12,569 nt of DNA from Archangium sp. Its GTDB lineage: Bacteria; Myxococcota; Myxococcia; Myxococcales; Myxococcaceae. The stretch lies in NCBI GenBank assembly GCA_031367385.1, contig JANLPS010000447.1:1-12569 (forward strand). Direction: 5' to 3'. Each line of letters opens with the position of its first letter. Positions within the stretch are counted from its first letter, which is position 1. This document shows, piece after piece, positions 7,666 through 12,569 of the stretch. The notes under the pieces were generated by a model that saw only the letters and a program-made list of their open reading frames with translations, ran no database searches and was not told where the DNA came from. The position numbers were made by a program, and so were the translations under genes.

Positions 7666-7822
7666 CGGAGCACCGATTTCAGGGTCGCGCAGCCTCACGT
7701 GGCAATACGGAGCATCGATTTCAGGGTCGCGCAGCCTCACGTGGCAACACGGAGCATCGGTTTCAGGGTCGCGCAGCCTCACCCGGTGCCGCGGCGCATC
7801 GAATTCAGGGTCGCGCAGCCTC
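7666..7822 (+). repeat. 42-bp tandem repeat, about 3.7 copies, plus a degenerate preceding copy at ~7624-7665
   Basis: Units start at 7666, 7708, 7750 and 7792. The core TTCAGGGTCGCGCAGCCTC is invariant in all four. The 11-nt tails are ACGTGGCAATA, ACGTGGCAACA and ACCCGGTGCCG. Confidence 0.95.
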
Positions 7823-7912
7823 GGTTGGTGGGCGGCCGCCGATTGACCCGCCCTGGTTGGGTGCAGCCCTCCACCTCGCCGCCGAACTGCGCTGGGTTGC
7901 TGGCCTCTGGGG

Positions 7913-7929
7913 CTGGCCTTGGCGTTGCT
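7913..7929 (+). promoter_or_regulatory. Putative sigma-54 (-24/-12) promoter CTGGCCTTGGCGTTGCT
   Basis: TGGC-N7-TTGCT has exact GG-N10-GC spacing; the predicted +1 falls just before ATG 7942. Confidence 0.6.
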
Positions 7930-7941
7930 GTGACACGGGCC

Positions 7942-9381
7942 ATGAAGCGACGACTCTGGGTGATGTGGTTGTTCGTCGAAATTGCGTGCGTCGGTTCGGT
8001 GAGTGACCTGGCCGCAAGCGACGCGGGCGTTGACGCGGGTACCGTGCTGTCGACCCCTGATTCAGGCGTGGTCGCAGACGCGGGTGAACCGGCCCCGGTC
8101 GATGCGGGCTCGCCGCGGGTCACCGCCGACGCTGGCGGACATGACGCGGTTGATGCGGGTGAACCGGTACGAGACGCCGGTGTCAGCGCACGCGATGCGG
8201 GCCAACCTGCGCCCGTCGACGCGGGGGCACCGTCTGACCCGTTTACCTTCTTGGTCTACGGCGACAGCCGAGACGGCAATCACGCCTGCGAGGGCAACGA
8301 CCTTCACCAGCAACTGGTCGCCCGCATGGCCAACGAGCCCGCGGCGATGGTCTTTCACACCGGTGACATGATCACCGGCTACGACGACAGCACGACCTGG
8401 GCTCGCAGCAACTTCAACTGCGGCAGCGGCCACGCCGCCGGCACGTTCAAAGAACTCATCGCACCCCTTCAAAACAAAAAGCCCGCCCCAGGGCTGCCCG
8501 CCTATTTCTTCCCCGTCATTGGCAACCATGACGATGCGTGGGGCGACTGCCCTTCGAATGGCGGTCGATGCTGGTACCCCGACCCGTCGGGCGACGGTGT
8601 GTGCTCGGTGTTTTCAAAAGAGCTGGTGCGCCAACTGGTACCGAATCATCGAACGGCGTCGTACTTTCAAGACCCGACCAACAATTCGAACATGCCGGCG
8701 TTCGCGAGCGACGACGATTTCTACACCCGCATGTGCTCGACGGCTCAAGCCGACGCCGACCGCGCCTACCCGACGTATTTCTACTACTCATTCAATTACC
8801 GAAACACGCACTTCGTCGTGCTGCGGGTGAACTCAGACCCGTACGATCTCGAAGAGTGCGGCAATTGCGGAGCTCAGAGCAACTACGACAATTTCTACAA
8901 CATTCATCAGCTGCACTGGCTGCGGTACGACTTGAGCAAAGCGCGCGCGACGGCAGGCATCGAGAACGTCGTGATGTTTTTGCATGCGCCCGTCTTCACG
9001 ACCTCAGATGGTCACAGCGCCGTCGCGTCGGCTGGCGCTCTCGCCACCGAGGCCTCGAAGTACGGCGTGAAGATGGTCTTCAGTGGCCACAGCCACGTGT
9101 ATGAGCGCTCGGTACCGATTCGGGTCGACGCGACGCATGCGGCCGGCGTCAGAGACGATGCAGCGGGCACCACCTACATCGTCACCGGTGGAGGTGGCTC
9201 GGCACCGCACGGGTTTCACGATGCCGAATGGTTCGACGCGTTTCGCGCTGACGGCCAGTGGCTCAACGCGCACCCGGGCCACACCAGCTTTCACTACGTG
9301 CGTGTCACGGTCACGGGTACGCAGCTACAGACCGCGGTCATCGAGGCAGATGGCTCCGTCATCGAGACCTTTGCCCGATGA
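7942..9381 (+). CDS. Calcineurin-like / purple-acid-phosphatase-type metallophosphoesterase, probable lipoprotein with DAG linker (479 aa)
   Basis: Start moved from track 7648 to ATG 7942 (MKRRLWVMWLFVEIAC). Metal-binding motifs YGDSR, HTGDM, IGNHD, LHAP, FSGHSHVYER and YIVTGGGG are all present. Confidence 0.92.
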   Translation: MKRRLWVMWLFVEIACVGSVSDLAASDAGVDAGTVLSTPDSGVVADAGEPAPVDAGSPRVTADAGGHDAVDAGEPVRDAGVSARDAGQPAPVDAGAPSDPFTFLVYGDSRDGNHACEGNDLHQQLVARMANEPAAMVFHTGDMITGYDDSTTWARSNFNCGSGHAAGTFKELIAPLQNKKPAPGLPAYFFPVIGNHDDAWGDCPSNGGRCWYPDPSGDGVCSVFSKELVRQLVPNHRTASYFQDPTNNSNMPAFASDDDFYTRMCSTAQADADRAYPTYFYYSFNYRNTHFVVLRVNSDPYDLEECGNCGAQSNYDNFYNIHQLHWLRYDLSKARATAGIENVVMFLHAPVFTTSDGHSAVASAGALATEASKYGVKMVFSGHSHVYERSVPIRVDATHAAGVRDDAAGTTYIVTGGGGSAPHGFHDAEWFDAFRADGQWLNAHPGHTSFHYVRVTVTGTQLQTAVIEADGSVIETFAR

Positions 9382-10481
9382 GCGCCGCGCTGATGTTCGC
9401 GGTGCTCTGCGCGGCGGCTCCAGTCGCCGATTCGAAAACCTCGCGCACCTGGCACCAGTTGGTTGGGGTGTTGCAATACGTCGAGGGCGACTATCGAAAA
9501 GCCATCGCGCTGCACGATCTCGAAGAGCTGGCAGAGCAGAAGCTGAACATCGCGACTGCGAAGGGGCTGCTGCACTCGCTCAAAGGCGCCGCGGCACCGT
9601 ATGAAGCGCGACTCGATTCGATTCAGAAGCGCATCGAGGCCGAGCAAGACCCCGAGGGCGTTGGGCGTGATTGCCGTGAATTGGCGCAATCGATGTTGCG
9701 CGACCAACTGCGTGAGCCGGCACCTGACGCGAGCCCCGATCTGCAACGCGGAGCCTCTCTGTGGGCCACACAGTGCGCGATGTGTCATGGCCTCGATGGT
9801 GCGGCGAATACGCCGATGGCCCTGGGCCTGACCCCTCGCCCTGCTCGGTTCGACGACGAGACGTTGGCCGAGCTCACTCCGTACAAAGTGTTCAACACGA
9901 CGATGTTCGGCGTCTCGGGCACGGCGATGCCGTCATTCACTGCGCTGAGCGAAGCCGATCGCTGGGCGGTTGCGTTCTACGTCTTTACCCTGCGCTCAAC
10001 CGGCTGCGATCACCAACCTCCAGCCGTCACATTGCGTGAGCTCGCCGGAGCCACCGATGCCGCGCTCTCAAAGGTCTATTCAGATGGCGAATTGGCCTGC
10101 CTTCGGCTCAGCATACCCACGCGTACAAACGAGCCGTTACCCCGTGCAGGCCTTGAAGCGGCGAGGGTCTTGTATGCAGCAGGCAAGCGAGATGCCGCGC
10201 GGGCAGCGGTGGTCGAAACCTGGCAGCGAGAGATCGAACCGAGGCTCGCCACCGTGAGCCCTTCGAGTCGCGACAGCCTCGAGCAGGCGTACGGGCGGGC
10301 GACGCGCGGCGAACACTTCGATGCGTCGACCAGTCGATTGGTGACCGAGCTTCAAGCGCTTGAAACGGCGCCCACTCACGCCGCCCAGCTGGTTGTGGGG
10401 CTGCTGCTCTTGGTCGCCACCGCCGTCTTCGTTGGGTTGCGCTCTTTCAGGCACCGCCCACCGCGCGGAGTCACCTCATGA
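9378..10481 (+). CDS. Exported monohaem cytochrome c protein related to the N-terminal part of cytochrome c/FTR1 (PbrT-like) iron permeases, with a single C-terminal TM anchor (367 aa)
   Basis: ATGA overlap with the upstream stop; signal peptide MSAALMFAVLCAAA. LVGVLQYVEGDY, CAMCHG haem motif, GVSGTAMPSF distal Met and DRWAVAFYV. C-terminal hydrophobic helix LVVGLLLLVATAVFVGL followed by a basic tail. Confidence 0.85.
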   Translation: MSAALMFAVLCAAAPVADSKTSRTWHQLVGVLQYVEGDYRKAIALHDLEELAEQKLNIATAKGLLHSLKGAAAPYEARLDSIQKRIEAEQDPEGVGRDCRELAQSMLRDQLREPAPDASPDLQRGASLWATQCAMCHGLDGAANTPMALGLTPRPARFDDETLAELTPYKVFNTTMFGVSGTAMPSFTALSEADRWAVAFYVFTLRSTGCDHQPPAVTLRELAGATDAALSKVYSDGELACLRLSIPTRTNEPLPRAGLEAARVLYAAGKRDAARAAVVETWQREIEPRLATVSPSSRDSLEQAYGRATRGEHFDASTSRLVTELQALETAPTHAAQLVVGLLLLVATAVFVGLRSFRHRPPRGVTS

Positions 10482-12277
10482 AGCTCCGAACACTATTCTT
10501 GAGCACACTGGTCGTCGCGTGCGGCCCAGAGAAGGCGCCCGTCACGACCACGGATGCGGGGCCTTCGACCTCAGAGCCCGGGGTGATGGCCTTTGACGCG
10601 GGGCCTGCGACCTTCGACGCCGGGTTGACCGCAGCTGACGCGGGGAGAACCGAGCACGACGCGGGCACTCCGCCGCAGCGTGACGCCGGAGTCATTCTGG
10701 ACGCGGGGGTGGTCGGGTCGAAGGTGAAATTGCACATTCAAATCATCGGCACTGGCAGCGTGAGCTCGGTTTCAGCGGGGGTGTCTTGCAGCGCCGACTG
10801 CGACGCCTCGCTTGACCAGGGCCTGAACGTCGTCTTGACCGCGCTCGCCAGCACGAACGCCACCTTCACCGGGTGGAGCGGCGGCTGTCTGGGCACAGCA
10901 GCGTGCGCCCTGACCCTCACCGCCGAAACGACCGTCACCGCCACGTTCGCCACCGCCGGCACGAGCTACTTCGTGGGCCCCACAGGCAACAATTCAGCAG
11001 CCGGCACCCTGCTGCAGCCCTTCAAGACCATCGCCAAGGCGCTCTCAGTCGTTGCGCCCGGCGACATCATCGAGGTGCGCGCCGGCACCTACAATGAGAA
11101 CCTAATCATCGGCAATGCCGGCACAGTGACGAAGAGGCTGACGCTGCGTGGCTACAATGGCGAGCGCCCCGTCATTCGCGGCAGTGGACCGGGGCCAACC
11201 ATCTACTTCTACAACAATGCCTGCGACGAATCGACCATCGGCGACGGCACGGGCAATACCGATTGCCTGTCGATGTATTGGGTCATTGACGGCATCGAGG
11301 TTCGCGGCAGCGCCAGCGGCGGCAGCGACGGCAACGCGATTAAAATCGACACCGCGAAAGTTCGACTTCAAAACAACCACCTGTGTTGCACCGTCGCCGA
11401 CGTGGTGAAGCTCGTACGCACGGCGAACGACGTCGAGATTTTCAACAACGAAATCTGGCAAGACGCAGCCATCACCCAACCGAGCGACAATGCGCAGGGC
11501 ATCGACATCGTCGGAGCGGATCGCACGCACATCGACGGCAACTGGGTGCATGACGTACCCGACATCGGCATGTACGCGAAGGGCAACGCTCGTCAGACGC
11601 TGATTGAAAACAACGTGCTGGTGAACATCGGAGTCGGTGCGAACGGCCACGGCATCATGCTCGGGCAAAACACCGACGCGAACCTCTTGCTCGACGGCCC
11701 GTACGAAAGTTACGACGGCATCGTGCGCAACAACGTGGTGATCAACGCGAGCTGGGCCTGCGTCGCAACCTCGTCATCGTCAAACGTGCGCATCTCCAAC
11801 AACAGTTGTTTCAACACCGGCACGACGACCCACGGCTCGATCTTTCTCTCGAATGAATCAGAGATCGGCACCAAGAGTGTCACCATCGAGGTCGTCAACA
11901 ACATCATCTTCGGCTCAGCGAGCCACCCGCTCATCAAGATCACCGCAGACGCTTTGGCCGACGCGACCACGCTCACCATCGACCACAACCTGTACTTCGT
12001 GGCTGGCGGGGCGCCGAGCTTTCAACCCAACGCCGAGCAGAGTGCGGTCTCCTTCACGAGTTGGCTGAGCCAGTACCACCTGCTCACCGGCAAGGTCGAC
12101 AGCAGCCGAGTGCTCGACCCGCGGTTCGCGACGACCACGGGCAGCACGCCGCTCACCTTGCAGGCGAGCAGCCCGGCCATTGATACGGGCGTCACGACGT
12201 CGCTGGTACCCACCGATGCTCGAGGCATCGCACGACCGACCGGAGCCGGCACGGACATCGGCGCGTACGAGTACTGA
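10478..12277 (+). CDS. Lipoprotein with DAG linker, divergent InlB B-repeat-like domain and right-handed parallel beta-helix (DUF1565/PL9-like, choice-of-anchor Q-like C-terminus)
   Basis: ATGA overlap; lipobox LVVAC. GTGSVSS...C...C...VVLTA...FTGWSGGC...C...VTATF repeat. YFVGPTGNNSAAGTLLQPFKTIAKAL...PGDIIEVRAGTY, Asn-rich coils (IENNVLVN, VRNNVVIN, VVNNIIFG) and SSPAIDTG...DARGIARP...DIGAYEY. Confidence 0.9.
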   Translation: MKLRTLFLSTLVVACGPEKAPVTTTDAGPSTSEPGVMAFDAGPATFDAGLTAADAGRTEHDAGTPPQRDAGVILDAGVVGSKVKLHIQIIGTGSVSSVSAGVSCSADCDASLDQGLNVVLTALASTNATFTGWSGGCLGTAACALTLTAETTVTATFATAGTSYFVGPTGNNSAAGTLLQPFKTIAKALSVVAPGDIIEVRAGTYNENLIIGNAGTVTKRLTLRGYNGERPVIRGSGPGPTIYFYNNACDESTIGDGTGNTDCLSMYWVIDGIEVRGSASGGSDGNAIKIDTAKVRLQNNHLCCTVADVVKLVRTANDVEIFNNEIWQDAAITQPSDNAQGIDIVGADRTHIDGNWVHDVPDIGMYAKGNARQTLIENNVLVNIGVGANGHGIMLGQNTDANLLLDGPYESYDGIVRNNVVINASWACVATSSSSNVRISNNSCFNTGTTTHGSIFLSNESEIGTKSVTIEVVNNIIFGSASHPLIKITADALADATTLTIDHNLYFVAGGAPSFQPNAEQSAVSFTSWLSQYHLLTGKVDSSRVLDPRFATTTGSTPLTLQASSPAIDTGVTTSLVPTDARGIARPTGAGTDIGAYEY

Positions 12278-12281
12278 GCGC

Positions 12282-12569
12282 TCAGCCCAAGCCGTGTCGG
12301 CGGAGCAGCTCGACGAGATACGAGCGGTCCATTCGGGCGTCACGGGCGGCTTGGCGCACATTGCCGCCGCTGCGCTTGAGCAGGCCCGACAAATACGTTC
12401 GCTCGAACTCACGCAGCAACATCGCCCTCGCGTCACGGTAGCTCTGCACCAATTCACCCGAGCTTGCTGGCGCGTCAGGGGTACTCGAGAGGGCGTCTTC
12501 ACCAGGCGGCTGCGGTTCTCCGAGCGCGACACTCGAAACCACGACGTTGCGCAGCTCGCGAACGTTGCC
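12282..12569 (-). CDS. Sigma-54-dependent Fis-family transcriptional activator (bEBP), 3' part only
   Basis: The frame is open to the window edge and begins GNVRELRNVV (end of the AAA+ domain). It ends YRDARAMLLREFERTYLSGLLKRSGGNVRQAARDARMDRSYLVELLRRHGL (Fis-type HTH). Confidence 0.93.
   Translation of the reverse strand, partial: GNVRELRNVVVSSVALGEPQPPGEDALSSTPDAPASSGELVQSYRDARAMLLREFERTYLSGLLKRSGGNVRQAARDARMDRSYLVELLRRHGLG

Noticed and set aside
7666..7822. CRISPR array or TIGR-type guide array
   Set aside because: The variable parts are only 11 nt and two are near-identical. There are no unique spacers, and no cas or Nop-domain gene is recognisable in the window.
7179..8006. 275-aa ORF with EHRFQGRAASRGNT repeats, and the 7648 N-terminal extension of the phosphoesterase
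   Set aside because: A 42-bp period keeps frames open by construction. The ORF overlaps the nucleotidyltransferase out of frame, and the signal peptide and sigma-54 motif favour ATG 7942.
12274..12285. Palindrome CTGAGCGCTCAG at the convergent junction, with similar TGAGCGCTA at 4443-4451
   Set aside because: Largely explained by two facing stop codons separated by 3-4 GC bases; no loop or U-tract, so not a terminator.

Overview
GC-rich bacterial DNA, most likely Myxococcota: three lipoproteins carry Asp-Ala-Gly linkers, and a sigma-54 enhancer-binding regulator is present. Left to right: (1) a partial secreted protein running off the left edge; (2) a translationally coupled pair of unknown genes sharing an unnamed ~50-aa beta-repeat; (3) a lipoprotein with Ig-like, Cys-rich and glycine-rich domains; (4) a cystathionine gamma-synthase/lyase; (5) an apparent accessory block (about 5.6-7.8 kb) with an unknown helical gene, a divergent unknown-protein plus AbiEii/DUF6036-like nucleotidyltransferase pair bracketed by 29-bp imperfect direct repeats, and a 42-bp tandem array; (6) a putative sigma-54 promoter ahead of a three-gene ATGA-coupled operon (metallophosphoesterase lipoprotein, cytochrome c protein resembling FTR1/PbrT fusions but with no permease, beta-helix lipoprotein); (7) the 3' end of a convergent sigma-54 Fis-type activator. 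The best candidates for undescribed biology are the repeat-bracketed nucleotidyltransferase module with its adjacent array, and the shared-repeat gene pair. All family assignments come from motif recognition by eye; no searches were run.
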